From the NCBI GenBank assembly GCA_977016875.1, contig CDRNST010000035.1:310001-374000 (forward strand): a stretch of DNA of 64,000 bases, written 5' to 3'. Numbering within the stretch: the first letter of the stretch is position 1; each line of letters starts with the position of its first letter. This DNA is from Pavona decussata (taxonomy: Eukaryota). Positions 25,301 to 39,700 of the stretch are shown here, piece after piece. The notes beneath the pieces were generated by a model. It had not been told where the DNA came from. It was given only the letters and a program-made list of their open reading frames with translations, and made no database searches. The position numbers were made by a program, and so were the translations under genes.

Positions 25301-27254
25301 TAGTTTACAAACGTTGATCGATAGATATAAATAAAAGAAAGAAAAAGGATAAATGTGACTTTGAAATTGTCAATATTGTACCAATGCTAGTTCGCATTGT
25401 GTACTTAACTCAGCGTTCATGATTCTCTACCGGTTGATAACAATTTCAAAGTTTTACCTTCTTCGAAGTCTTGAAGTTCATCCATATTGATTTGAATTTG
25501 GTTTTGTTCTGTTTCCAATCCTGTTTCAGTCGCCAAAGACGCTTCAAAGCGGAGCGCAAACAGAAAGCGTCCTGCAGATGATATCAAAAGGCTTGCGCAC
25601 ACTGTATTCAAGCTGGCTAAGTTTTATTCATGGGCTAATAAAAGGCGTTTTTAAAACACTTCATTCGCAAACTGCCCTGATGACATGTCGACTGGTCGCC
25701 CTGCACATGGCACTTAAAACATCTATTAATTAACAACTCGTCCGTGATATTTGTCCTTGAAGCATTATTTGCATGTAAATTAGCAAAAAAGCACAACCCA
25801 GCTGCGGCCGCGAAACACGTATATTAACGGCGAAATCCCCAATTCGTTGAAGAACTGTGCAATGGTGTACATCCGACTGCCATCCCAAACTAGAGAGCTT
25901 TAGAAAAACAAACGAGCAGCGAATTTGGCGAGAACATCGAAAACTTAACCATTCGACGTTCCTTAAAAGTGCATGGCTTAGACCCTAATGAATTTTTAAA
26001 TAAAAATATATTCCCCATTTTTAATTAACAATCCATTAGGAAGCTTCCACATCGCCTTTGGTAATTTAAAGCGGTACGAACCACAAGCACTAATTAACAA
26101 AACTCCATTATTAATACACAAGAGGGCTTAACTAAAAAAGAGACACAAGTAGGCTTTTTGTTTTACGTTTTCTATTTAAAAGGCTTTTAAAATAACATCA
26201 AAGAAAAACAATGAGAGCAATAGTGTTTTACCAAGGAGATATGGCTAGAGCTGCTGTCGAGTTCTCTCTGATCGCTCAATATATTCTAATTAATTTTGAA
26301 AAGTTCATAATTTGGAAGTCTTACGTTATTAATTGGGACATCGCAGACAAATAAGCCGCATGAGGAAAAGTTTAATGAAAAGTATCTAAACGGCTTTATG
26401 AAATGAAAAATAAAAAATAAGCAAAAAGGACTGTATCGTTTAAACGTTCAAGAATTGTTTCACCGAGTGTAAGAGGAAGTTCAATTTTGTTTTGTTTTTT
26501 ATTGTACAAGTTCTACATGTTGAACATTCTATCTTTCCTCCCTCGATACAAGTAGACAGCTGATTCTTTGTGCAAACGTCAGATGCGTTACAAATTGAAC
26601 CAAAACTCTAGATGGCTTGTAATTGCATGGGATTATGGCAACAATAAATGCACGTGAATTGAACTGAATGGCAGACAAATAAACAGCTTTAGAGCGAACA
26701 AAACCACGCTTTCAATGACTAATTTAAGATAGAAGTTGCACCTGTTTACTAACTTACTGACAAGTTTTTCAATTCTCCTTAAATTGACATACAGGGTATG
26801 TATTTCACCTTCAGACGGAAGTTGGGGTGGAGGAGGTATAGGTTCCTTCCCCAGTGAGTTATACCTCCAGTGAATTGCCTTATATGTAAGATGAGGATAA
26901 TTTGACATATTAAAAACAAACCGTTGGATACACCTTTAAATTTACATGAGACATGTTAGGTTTTAAATCTTACTTGGGGCAGGTACAAGAGAAAATAAAA
27001 GACATTATTTAAACACACACATATACTATGGCGAACCGTTATATTTGAAATAAATTACAGTGATAGAGGTTCACAGCAGCGTCAATGTTCAAGTACTTTT
27101 TTAAATCTTTTTTTCGTAGCTACAAAAGTGCTTCAACGTTGTCAACGTTTAAACTTCAATTTTGAGGCTTACAATCAAATCACGGGTAGTTCCTACATCT
27201 GCATAATCCGTTTTCCGTTCGAAAGAGTTTGCTAGATGTAAGCCATTGTGAATA

Positions 27255-27345
27255 GAGTAGAGAAGAGGGAAGGGAGAGGAGAGGGAAGGAGAGGGGAGAG
27301 TGAGAAGACGGAAAGAAGGGAACGGAAGGGAAAAGTAGAGAACAA
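27255..27345. repeat. Polypurine (GA-rich) low-complexity tract
   Basis: Almost pure A/G run on the + strand. Confidence 0.8.
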
Positions 27346-27444
27346 AAATGAACAGAACAAGATAGAATTCCCTTAACAGATTGATTCGGAAAATTAGGTG
27401 ACAGGTCAAACAAAAATTCTTTACTCTCCTGCCCTGTTTGTCCA

Positions 27445-27709
27445 TAGTCAATAAAATGTAATGGTTATGAAGCCTGACAAATATCTTTGTTGTATGTTTT
27501 TGTTAGCATTTTTGACCTTGACAGTGCACAGACGACAATAGATTTTGAAATGTGTTGGAACAACTGACCAATAGAAACGTTCCTGTTAAGATAATTTTTA
27601 TTCAACTGTAGTGTGAACATTCAAGCAAAGGATTGTGCACTGTCGTGGCCCTTCCAACATAGATTGCAGCACCATTGTTTTCATGGCAAAGTTTCATAAC
27701 CAGTCCCTA
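27445..27709 (+). mobile_element. ~265-bp MITE-like repeat, copy 1
   Basis: Reverse complement of 60276-60534 (shared AACAACTGACCAATAGAA, CGTTCCTGTTAAGATA, AAAGGATTGTGCAC, GTTTCATAACCAGTCCCT); subterminal inverted TGGTTATGAA/TTCATAACCA. Confidence 0.8.
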
Positions 27710-30700
27710 ATGAAGCAGTAATGTTTTGGGAGTATTTGGTGAAGCTGTAACAAAGAATCATTTAGTTCAAAGTCCAAATAAATGTTTAAGTATGCTTTCG
27801 ATCGGCCGTCAGCGCACAAAGATAATGGTTACCATATGTTTGTTGGCTGTGCGCATAATAACGGGGCTATTCAGTTTTGTAGATCACGGCAATACAAAAT
27901 CTATCCGTCATATCTTGGAACAGAATATTGACAGAAAAGGAAAGAAAGCAATCACCGCCGGGGAGATCATTGAGTTTCGAAAAAAGAAAAAGGTTTTAAT
28001 CTTCATTTCCAATGGTAAATATCAGTGTTGTTGTAATAAGAACTGGAACAAGCCGTAACTTGTTACATCGTATACATTTTAGTGCTAACCAATCATCGCT
28101 TGTTAAAATTGGATTTTCCCATCTCATCTTGTTTATTTTCTTTATTTAAAAGCCATATTGAAATGGAAGATTATCATAGGTTGGAGCGCAGAAATTGTAA
28201 AGAGTGCGTAAAATTACTAACATGGAGACTATGTGTGTGTGTTTTTTTTTCATATCTTATGCATGCCATTACTCGGCTTCAAAACCTACGAGAAGGAGCA
28301 ATTCTTTCTTCTTCTTCTTCTTATTTTTTTTTGTAATTAACTCGTGTCGAATTAATTAGCCCAAGAAGTAAACACTAGATGGCTTGTTTAGCGTTAAATT
28401 GTACAGTTTAATTTTTTTAACCACTAGAAGTGGTTTTATAGCCTGTTCCCAAACAGATTCATGGCCTCAGTAATGGTCTATGCTTACCAACCTTGCTTAG
28501 CTGTTTTTGCTTGTATGTCTTTATTCATCCCTGGTGTTGCCTTGTCTTGAATCTCAACGTTGCTTTCCTTATCTCCCATGTCAATAACAAACGTTCGATG
28601 AACTTCCAAGCGAGATAGCAGCTCTCTGAGATTTACAGCTCTGTGGTACGTGGGTTTATATACAAGTTACTAACCGGCAAACAATACCCATGGGCAGTAG
28701 ATACCAGGATGCCTGACTCCGGAGACATGCTGCTTTTTATTTGAGTTGCTTTCAACACATGCGCGTGTGTTTGCAGCATTGCTTAAGGCGCCACGAGTTT
28801 GATATCATTATACGACCAACACACCGTCTACAAATTTGGCGCTTTTAAGGCTGATGCGTCCGTCATTTTCCCGCCAAAACAGATGGCCTTGTCAACATAT
28901 ATCAGCTACTTGTATTTTAATGGCTTTGAAAGATGGGTTCACTTTTGTTAGAGAATTCATTGCTATAATTTGTTTTTGTCAAGATGTTAAGAGGGCTCTT
29001 AAGTTGGTTTTTGACATTAAATTCTTGGCTTGAATTACAAAGCATTTTGGTCTTTTCATAGGTTTTGTATTCCCGATTCCTCTTGATAATTAAGTTTTGC
29101 TTAATTTAGAAAGCGTGGTTATTAAAAAACGGAGCTTGTTCATGGCTCGGTGACACATGACCCGCACCTGGCAAGGTGGACCCGCCTTACACCGGAGAGT
29201 CTGTCTTAAAAAAAGAAACGTAAAAAAAAAAAAAAAAAAAGCAAAATAATGCACCATAGCACACTTGGCTGTTAGATACGTTCCTATTGCAAACAACAGA
29301 TAAAAAAAATGAATCCATATCCTCTGTATTATTAAAATGAACTTAGAACGACAAAAGACTTAAAATAAAGTTGTAATAACTGGGAATATTTTGTTTGATA
29401 CAACCGAACTTGATTAACCCGAAAACGAATTGAACTATCATAACAGGAGGATTTGTTTAGGACTCATGGACCGTAAAGAAATTAGCAATAAAACCAATCC
29501 GACGCTGACCATTTTTAACACTGGATGTATAACAGATCTGGACGAATCGATATGTTCTCTGTCAAGGTTTAGCACTCGTATTGCGGTCAGCTTTTGTATC
29601 TCTTTCCTGTGGACAATTTACCCCATCATTGGATGGTTGATAAAACCAAACATTCATTTTTATTCCCTTCACCGCCGCAGCACCACAGTTCCCGTACAAA
29701 CCATTACCTTTATTATTAACCAACATCTGCTGTCAGACCAAAGCTTTCCTCATGAAAAACGGTTGATAACACAACAATCTAGCCCAAGTTGGAGGCCTAC
29801 AATCGATTACATTTACGGCTTTTTTCCACGCTTGTGACATGTTATAACCTGCACATGATGCATGCGTAAGATTATATGAGTGGGTTATATAAATTACCAC
29901 TGGTAATGCGTATGGCTCCAGGAGGTCGTTACATTAAGGCACACCGTATTTTATCATGATTTTGAAACAAGAGAAGACATATCGGTGATAAATAGAGCTG
30001 GGACAACTGTTCAAGACAGTGCATCAAGGAAACGTTTGTTCCAATTATTTTTTATCGTTAATTTTTGTCTTCCTGTAGACGAGATGCAGCAAACTTGCAG
30101 ACGTCCAATTGTCTTTCCGGTGAAGGAAGGAAATCGGGTCGCAAGTGTGTGAGATCGTTTCCATAGGTTTGCGTGAGATTTCCAGAAATGACACATTTTA
30201 GCAGATAGCGCCCCCCCCCCCCCCTCCCCCCCATCAGAAATAAATCGAAATTTTCAGAACTGGTCGAGAAAGCGCATTTCCAACCAGGGAAACATATTTA
30301 AATGCGTTTCTAGCCACATATTGTCAGCATTGCTTGCAATTTGTGGAAAATTAATGCTTTCGACTTTCTTTTGGCAAGAGATGCAGCGCATGTCATATCT
30401 TGGTACACGACATGGTTTGAGCATGGCTGAATTTGACCCATTGCATGTTGATCGCATGAAGCAAACTTCACTGACTGAAGGGCTGATGAGCATCATTGCT
30501 TCAAAGAGTAGAATAAAAAGTCAACTTACGAATAGAAACAAAATTAGAGCAAAATCATAGCAAGAAGACTGCCCGGAAAAACAGAAGATGTTTTGTTTAT
30601 GCCCCCTCCCTGCCTTCCAAGCATTTCCACCACTTTAAAGTACTGAAGGCTTGTCACAGGCGTCCGTCCAACAACAATCAACCATGCAGGAATAAGTTCT

Positions 30701-33700
30701 TTTCTTTCGCGTCACTATTTCTTTCTTTCAACCCATGACAGACTGGATTATAACTTAGCATAGACAAAACAGTCTGCTCTGCTCCTCTTAGCAGACAAAA
30801 GCTATAAAACGTGGCAAACAGGTGCTACAGCCTGCCGTGGAGCTTGCACGTTGATTGAAAATATATCAAATTAAAACTTTACCTTTCTCAGCTTGTTTAA
30901 TTTATTATGAAGGGAGAACAGTTGGAATCAACCGACTTCACAACGGAGCTGATTCACGCAAACTAAACAATAAAAAGTCAGCTAGTTGGCTTGATCTCTC
31001 TCCACTTAGCTCGCCGGAGCTGGAACTGATACCAACTGAGAAACAGCGTGTACTGAGTCAGACAAATTTTAAAGGAAGAAAGGACGCCTAACGTAGTTTA
31101 TTTTGAGACTGATAAACTGTCGCACGTTTTTTTCCCTCTGGGGTTGTAAATTGGTTCCAAGATAGTACAAATGCAAAGTGTGAACAAACATAGTGGTTCT
31201 TCTTTGAACAAGTTTAAAAATAACAATCTGTTTCATTTCCTTACAAACTAAGAGTTGATAAAAGAACCAACTAACATGCACCGATTTAAAGAGCTGCTGT
31301 ATAAATGAACGTTTAAATCGACGCCAACCTTAATAACTATCAAACATTTTTGCGGGCCGAGGCCATTCGAAAACACTTCCTTAAAATGGAACATAAGCCG
31401 TCCCCTCACCGCTCCAAATAAGAATTCATTCCGATGATAAGTCCATGGAGTGTTCGAGATAGCTATTCTCACCTTTTAGCTTGGTGACAAGCTTTCAAAC
31501 TACCAATTTTGAAACCCCAAATTTCTTTCCTTCCCGAGGAGATATGTCACGGAAGCTTTAACAATACGTGAATTTACCTGACGAATGAGATCCTTCTAAA
31601 TACATGGGCAATTAATGCTTTCCAGCCTTTTTCGTCTTGAAAACCATCTCCGTATACTTTGCGTGTCGCAAAAATAAAATTGTGATTAATTTACGCGAAA
31701 TGTTTGCAAGTTGTTACGTCTGAATGGAAACAGCTTTTTAGTTTGTTCAGCGATGGCCAAATATTTCTGCTAGACATATCTAAATTAAAAGCTTATCATT
31801 TAATTTAGCATTTTATTCTTTATCTCGAAACCTCAAGTGGTTGGTGCACAACAGCAGTTTTACTTTAGATAAGAGTTTTGATTATATGTGACATACTTTA
31901 CCTGTGTTTAGTCAAATTCTAAATCCTTCTAAGAGGAGAGGTGGCCAAAGATACAACTTACTCCTTTAGTTCTAACGCAATGTTCTGAAGAGCACACTCC
32001 AGGTATCGGTATTTCTCTGATGAAAATTGAATGTCCGAAAGAGAAAGTTTGTTCTTGAGTTTGTACTGAGACAAGTACACTTTTCTTTAACTTGAGCGAA
32101 CTAATTTGCGTTTTAAACATGTCGGTTTTTAACAAATACCTCGTGATAACAAGTTTATCGCAGCAGAACAGGAATTAAAACAACGTCAGACGCTTGCTTA
32201 TTATCTTATCTCTAACCCTACTGAATCCAACTTGTCTTAACATTACCCAACTTTACTAGATGCTCATTGACTGAAAGAAAATTACTGCGCTAGATTGGTA
32301 TTCAGCCAAAAATAGTCTGGGTTTGAGTGTTTTTCATGGCGGGTACGCATTTTCCAATTCATCAACCAAGTTACATAGACCGAACTGAAAAAAGAGGTCT
32401 GCCTATTCTTAAATAACTAAACCAGTTTCGTTGTTAGCAAGGAATATTGATTTTCCCAATATATTTGTTACGATGTCGTGCAAGGAGCCTTTAGTACAGC
32501 GTAATTAAATTTTGTTTTGCGTAGGAAACTCTTGTCGTTTTAAAAACAATAACCGGCTGCTCCTTTGTATCAAACCGCTAAAACCAAGATGGCTTCTTAC
32601 AGAAATACTTCTAGTCTTGTCCTCCTGTATAATACACCACACAAGATGTCTCAATGTCTCACCGTAAATATAAGATCGTACAAGTATTCTATTGCGAACC
32701 AAAGAGTTATTCCCATAGGCTTCAGAACTGAAAAAAAAAATTAAACCCAGATAAACAGCAAGCAGCCTCCTACGCGTACGCTGAGTGGTGATTAATAACC
32801 GTTGTCAAGGATTTTGGCGGTATTCACAGGAATGCTACATCAACTGAAAGTTTTAAATTGTATTTACATGGCTTTCACCGTTAGACTGCAAATGTTAATG
32901 AATTGCCTCGTGTGTTTTGATTGAACACACCAGTTTACAGCGCTAAAACGCCGGCAGCACTTGGCATGTCAACGAAACGCAAATGGCCGGATTGCGGCAG
33001 ATATGAACTAATCAAAAGGCGTTGTTGTTTCACTTGTTTAACATTGTCCTATGTAAAACGCTTTTAACTCAGTGGTCGCCCACTGTCTCGCTGTTATGCT
33101 ATTATATCCAGTTTAACGGGCTTTGACCGTCAATTTCTCTGAACGAATTGCTTCCTGCAATGAAGGAAATATCGGATCTGTTGACAGGCGATAATGAATT
33201 GAGCTTTCGTAACAGCTATTTCAGGACCAAAACAAGACACAAGGGCAAATGGATTTTTCATTCTTCTCATTTCTAATTCCATTTAGTTTCCAAGAATTTT
33301 TATCTCTCATTTTAACAAGATGAAAGTGTACTCTATATAATAAATACCGGTTTCTCAAGACACTCGCCCGTTGATATCAGCATTTTAAACAACTCGTGCT
33401 TTAACTAATCAATTCTATAAAAACTCCTTCTGGCTAACGCAGGAAATTTTATTCTGTTCCGAAAATTTGAATTTCCATCAAAACAACTTGACAACGTAGC
33501 TGATCGTTTTTATTCTTCTCTTTACCCTCCTCCTTGAAAGTGTACATGACGCTGTAGGGAGAATTTAACATTTGAAACAGTTGATATTTCAAGTGGGACT
33601 TCAGCGTTAATGAAAGAAGACGCCCGGAAATAAATGTGAATGGTACGTCTGAGAATACATTTGGAGATAAGAATCGCCATTGAGTTGCTTTTAGACTAAG

Positions 33701-36700
33701 TGTGCCTTAATGCATGTTATAGCTGCTAAAACAACGTCTTTTAATCTCGAACGTAGCACTTAACTTTGGACAACTGTGAAAACAAATTCAAGTCCATTTA
33801 CAACATTAAAAGCATTACTTTTAAAAGTTAGTGCAACCTATCTTTTGTCGGCGCAAGGCTAAGTAACACAACTTTGTGTCTGGAATAGATTACCTAACTG
33901 AAAATCTACAAAAGTTTTATTACGTGAAATCGCTGTTTTATCCTTTTATTTTTCTTGTTTTGTTTGAACTCTCGGTGTTTCTTTTGTATTTGATATACAA
34001 GCAATTCAGCTCACTGAAAACACGGCAAATATTTTTCTTTCTACTTCCATTAGCTATGAAGATAATATTACCTTTTCTTTAAGGCTGCGACACATTTTTA
34101 ATCAACGTAACATTGTTTTTTGTGTATACAATTGCTCGAAGCGCCCCGCCGCCACAATCTAACATTTTTAATATCTGCCGGTTGATAATTTCAATTTCGT
34201 GCTGTTAAAAGCGGTGTTATTAATCACACACGTCTGATATGAGAAAGAAAGAAGCATAATGTCTCTTGCTGTCACATCAGAATAGCTTAAATGATTGTAA
34301 ACGTCTTCTCACAGCGATTTTAATAAATTCCCGACTATTGATTCCTAGTGTCAGGGAAACAGATAACTTCAAAAGCTGAGCACCACGCAGAAACGTGTTC
34401 CATTGACACTCAAAAATTTCTTCCCTTGGCCAAGAAAGCGTTCTGTAAAGTGCAATTACTTGGCCGAATATTCCACACATGAGTAGCTTTTCTGCCAATA
34501 GCACGACTTGTTATTATTGAAAATGTATACAATATTAAACTTCCATGCATGTCTAATTAATCCCTGGTCACAACTTAATCAAAAAGGCCGAGTTCCGCCA
34601 TCTTGGTGCTTGTTATGATGTGGTTTAAGGACCAAGAGAAGCAAAATCATGTGAAAATATATCACAACAAAGCCATTGCCAGGGAAGAGATCTCCAGAGT
34701 AGGGAGATCATTCGGGGGTTAAGTTTTCTGATCTTGCCCTCAGCGAAAATTTCGGATAAAAAAAGTCTGCCGAAATGAAAAAAATAATTTGTCGTGCCCG
34801 TAATTTTATCCAAGCGCCTATTACCTCGCGAGATGCTGTCAATGAATATATCAGCTTCTGGAAACAGATAGCAAATTACTTCTAAATTAGAATTCGTTGT
34901 CTGTTATCTGCTCTCACATATCATACCTTACCGTTTATTTCAGAAGACATAGCGCCAGACCTTGAATCTATATCGTTTGTGTTCGCGGTGGAATTGTATC
35001 CGTGCGGAAACAATAACTAAGCACGATTTGCAGCCTGCAAAATGAAAACAAGAAAGATTCATTAAAGTGGAAGGCTTAGTAATATTGTGATAAACGCAGC
35101 GAGTGTGGTGAACACACACGGTCCGCTCATGGCTTACCGGGGCAGTTTCCTTGTCCGAGCAGTAACGCGTGTGTTTCACGACAGATCCACGCCAGCAAAT
35201 AAACTGGATCGCGTTTGCGTCGATTTTGAATTTGAGCCCTGATACAAAACAATCGTAGGGAGAAGTTGGGGAAATATGATAAAAGCAAAAGCTACACTCC
35301 TGTTATCAAAGATGTCCCCACAAGGAGATTAGCATAACACTAATGAAATTTTATTAAATTGAATGCAGTGTATACTATTGATTAGGCCATGTTCCTGCTT
35401 TTCAAATGGCCTTTTAATTATTTAACCGGATCTGACCACAAACCCATGTAAATTGAAAAGTGCCTCGGGAGTCGTCGCTAATTACGAATACCAAAAATAA
35501 TTGTTTTACGTTTCGTTTGGAACAAAATTAAACGGAGTTGGCGCTAACGAACAATGATGGCATTCTAGTCGATTAATTCCTTTTTGTGTTGCTGCGGATA
35601 GATTCAAAGTTAGTTAAGGAATTGTTCAGAACTTTTGGAAGCTGACCAATGTGGACTTTTCTTACTTGACAGTACGTGATAAGGCAAAGAGCTAGTCCGC
35701 TCGCATGCAATTACACCCAATTCTTTAATTGAAATGTATAAATAACACTTAAATCTGCTAAGCAGCAAAAGTAAATATCATATTTCTTTACACGTTTGTT
35801 CATTAGCATACAGGCATTAAAGTTGTTCTTGACAAGAGTGATATGAAAGTTCTCCGGTTATTTGAGACCTTTTTTACTGATAACAACAACCGAAACAGAT
35901 AACCGCATGGCTCTGGGCACCTTCCAGTTTGTGCTGTTTAATTAATCCTGACAAAATAAGCCATTTACTATTTTCTGTTCTCACTTGTTAATTACTTGAC
36001 GGCTGGCCAGCCTTTCGCAAGTAGAGTAGAAAGGGAAATTAAAATTTTCGCTAGCTTGCTGTGGCACTTTCATCAATCGACGCTTTCAATCACAAACCGC
36101 GAAATGAAAGCTTGTTTGTTTTCTTTTCCGTTCGTCTCAGTTCAATTTACTTACTCCTTGGCAAACGAAAACCCAGAAAATTTGTCCTTAATTGAAATAA
36201 AGCAAAATGGAGTTTGACGCTCCCAAAATTCATTAGTTATTACTGCTAAACGCTTAATTTTTCTCCAAAGTACTGTAAAACTGCCAATGTCAATCTTGGA
36301 CTCCTGCAAAAAAAAAAAAAAAAAATTATAAGAACAAAAACGTTCTAATTTTGCTGTATATTTTCAGCTGAAATAAAGAGCAATTGTTATAATGGAACTA
36401 TAAAAGCTTGAAGTGATATATGGTAGTCATCAAGAAAGCTTTTACATCATTAAGAAAATAATGCTTTTATTTTAATGCGGCTTCTCTTCTGTGGAAAATT
36501 CATCGTAGACTTTCTGAAAGCTCTTGTTAACAAAATATCAGTTCGCCGGTAAATTGCTCCCCGGGGAAATTTGAAGGTTCGAACATTGGCCTCAAAACTT
36601 ATACAGAAATAATGTCAAGGGATTTGTAGCAAACACGAGTTCTGATGGCTAGAGTTGAATCATAAGCTAAACTTTCCGTCAAAAAGGCTCAATTCTAGAA

Positions 36701-39700
36701 TGATATTATTTTAGACGCTGTATTAATTTTCACTTTCGATGCCAAGATAGCATCAAATGGATAAATGCAATTTAATTTTGGCATCATGTCTCAACTGGTT
36801 CAACAATTAAAGGACTTCCCGTTGACACAGCACCGTTTAGTACACTTGTTAATTCCAATGAATACGTCGTGAAAAACTCATTTTACTGAAATGAAAAAAA
36901 AAAGTTAGCGGGGGTTCAAAAAATGAAATTTTATTTGCTAAAAAACAGATGAAGTTGTGTCAAGGGACTTTGCCGTTTATGATCTGAAATGATAAAATTA
37001 GTAAATGGGATTTATTTTATTTCCATTTTGAAATTGAGGTAAAACAATTAGTCTGTATTAACATGATGTTATGGAAAGAACGTTCGGCCATTACTAGGAA
37101 ACAGTATTGAACGTTTTTGTATTTTTGTGGTCAATTTACTTTTTTCATTTTGTGCTAGCTGTCCTTCAAGGTTGGGGAAACAAGCAAGACTGGAACGTAG
37201 CCATTCAGTTTCTAATTTCAGGGTAAACTGTAATTACAATAAAACATTTTATATTTTGATTTTTTTTTTTTTTTGCATTCAAAATTAAAATATTAGCCTG
37301 CAAAAGGATAATTAGATATTTTGAACCATTTTTATAAAATCCCTGAGACTTCAGTTGTGGAGATTTCAAATGATTTCATTTTAAATGAACCTTTTTATCC
37401 CAGAAAGAGCTGGAAGAGTCTCGCCATCCATTTCCACCGACTATGACATTCTTGTGGAACTGCGTGCATAATTATGCCCTCAACGTGTAAATTTTTAAGA
37501 AAGGGTAGGTATGCTGAACAGTAAGGAGTTTCTCGTATTCTGTGTTACACATGTGCAACTCAGTGGCGAATAACTGATAGCTCTGTTGTTAAAACCCGCC
37601 AAAATGCAATGTACCGTTTCATCTAAAAACAAAAAACGGTCGAGAGTATCCCCAGGGCTCCTTAAGACAATTTGGCAAGTGTATATCATGCTCAGTTCAG
37701 AACTACGGACAGATGTTCACGTTGTTGTAAAATTATAGCAAAAACTTAAATGGAGATCTTTTTTTTGTTGGAAAATGCATCCAGTATAAAGGTTTTTATT
37801 ACTGTTCGGCCTTTTCAGCCACCTGCGCTCCCACAGACGCCTCAAAGACTAAAATGGTCTTTATTCGTTGACTCGACGGACGAACATTACTTTCTAAACG
37901 CAAGTTTCCAACGCCAAGCTTAATTTATGTCATCTGATATAGCTTTCTTGCTTGGGGTCATACTTCAATTTATTTGTAAATAGATAGCTTTTTCAGTTAG
38001 TGTTTTCCTCTGGGCTACGCACTCCTAAACTGTGAATTGATAACATTTCAGATAAAGCTCAGTGCCCCTTAAGCAATTGCATGATCGAAGCTAGCCAAGG
38101 AAAAGAAGACAGATAACCTTGACTTTGGAATGATTGATTTGAGTATGTTGTCACGTTTTCCGAAATGCAACAAAAACCGCGTATTTACCTCGAGGAAGAT
38201 AAATCATTATTTCAGTTTTTCTGAGGAGGAGTACGTGTTTTCCAAAAAGCTCTCCACCTAGTAGTGTTAGAACAAAAATGATAGTATTGAATTTTGGTGG
38301 AGTGAGTAATTGCTAGAAGAGCTTGAACTTGGAAAGAACTTCTTATTCCCTGCTATGTGGCCGAACCGTTGTCATTTTGATAAAACCGAAGGATGAAGAC
38401 GAAGAACGAGAACGTTTAGGATGACGATGAATTACGACCACAATGATTACAGCCCCTGCAAGCGAACTGCAAATTTCCCGGATTTACCACCACCAAAGGG
38501 GAGAGGGCGTATATATTAGAGACGAGTTCCTTTATCTCACAGTTTCTTTCTCCACCCACATATTTGTGGGTGCAAAGCAGTTTGTTGACTGATATCAGTT
38601 GGGACGTGAGGTGCGTTTCCTCCTCCTGTCACACCTATTAATCAGCCAACCTGTGGTGAACCCGCCCCCGCTTTCCTCCTTCCCTTTTGCTTTTCCTTTT
38701 ACATCAAACATATACAGGCCTCTTTTTCACGTCGGAACTTATTCTCCCAAATAGTAGCAAGAAAGAGAGTAGTGAGAATCTACATGTTGACACTAAGGCT
38801 TAAAGGATAATCTGGCCAGTGGAAGAATTAAATGGCCCAGCCGATGAGAGGTCTGGGGTGAGTGACCTACGAAAACAAAATCGTAGTATTAATAGAGTCG
38901 GCGATCGCAGCGACCGTCGCCCACTAACAAAATTACTGGCAGCTTTTCTCTTATATCAGTGACTCTGTCGCTCTGGAACATAAGTAATCTTTAGCAATGC
39001 TACATATAAAAAGAAATGGCAACCACAAAGGTAGCACTTAGTGCCATTTTTATACAACCCGTAGGTCCTACATTGACCGGCGGTGCCCATCATAACTTAA
39101 GTCATTCGTACAAATTATTACGCATTTTAAAACGTCAGAACTTTGTTTGTTGGTGAAATCTCTTCTTCTACGAACTTTGCTATTAGTGAGGATGCTGTTT
39201 TCCGATCCTTTATTCACAGTATTTCCACTAGGTGGCTCTTCACTTGTGAATATCTTAGATTACAAAACTATTTAAGACCTATTACGAAATTAATGCAAAT
39301 AACAAAATTAACTACAATGTATTGAACTTACAAATTAATTAGAAATACAAAATATAGACACAACTTAATCACGTGCATTTAAACGAGTTAAAATCCTAAT
39401 TAAAATAATAATTAAAAATCGAGTCTATTAAGTGATCTGCATGTGATTTGAGATGGTGAAATTCAGGTGACAAAAATGTCCAGGCAGCTCGATGCATTTT
39501 CCCTTAATAATTTTTCATAAGGCCTAATACAGCTGCAATTTGCACAAAAGAACCAAAACCTAAACGATGCTAGCACTTGTGGTAAAAATGGCCTCGGGAC
39601 AGGGGAAGGGGTTGTATATATCTGCACGGACTTTGTGCGCATATAACTTTTTTATATGGGGGGAAAAACCACGAAATTTTGCAACTTTTTTTTTAAATGA

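Noticed and set aside
29430-29837. 135-aa ORF in the LMO4-BMP interval
   Set aside because: TTG start, no recognisable domain, composition like non-coding DNA.
39056-39078. AACCCGTAGGTCC resembles the 5' part of miR-100
   Set aside because: The 3' half diverges and no complementary star arm or hairpin is visible nearby.
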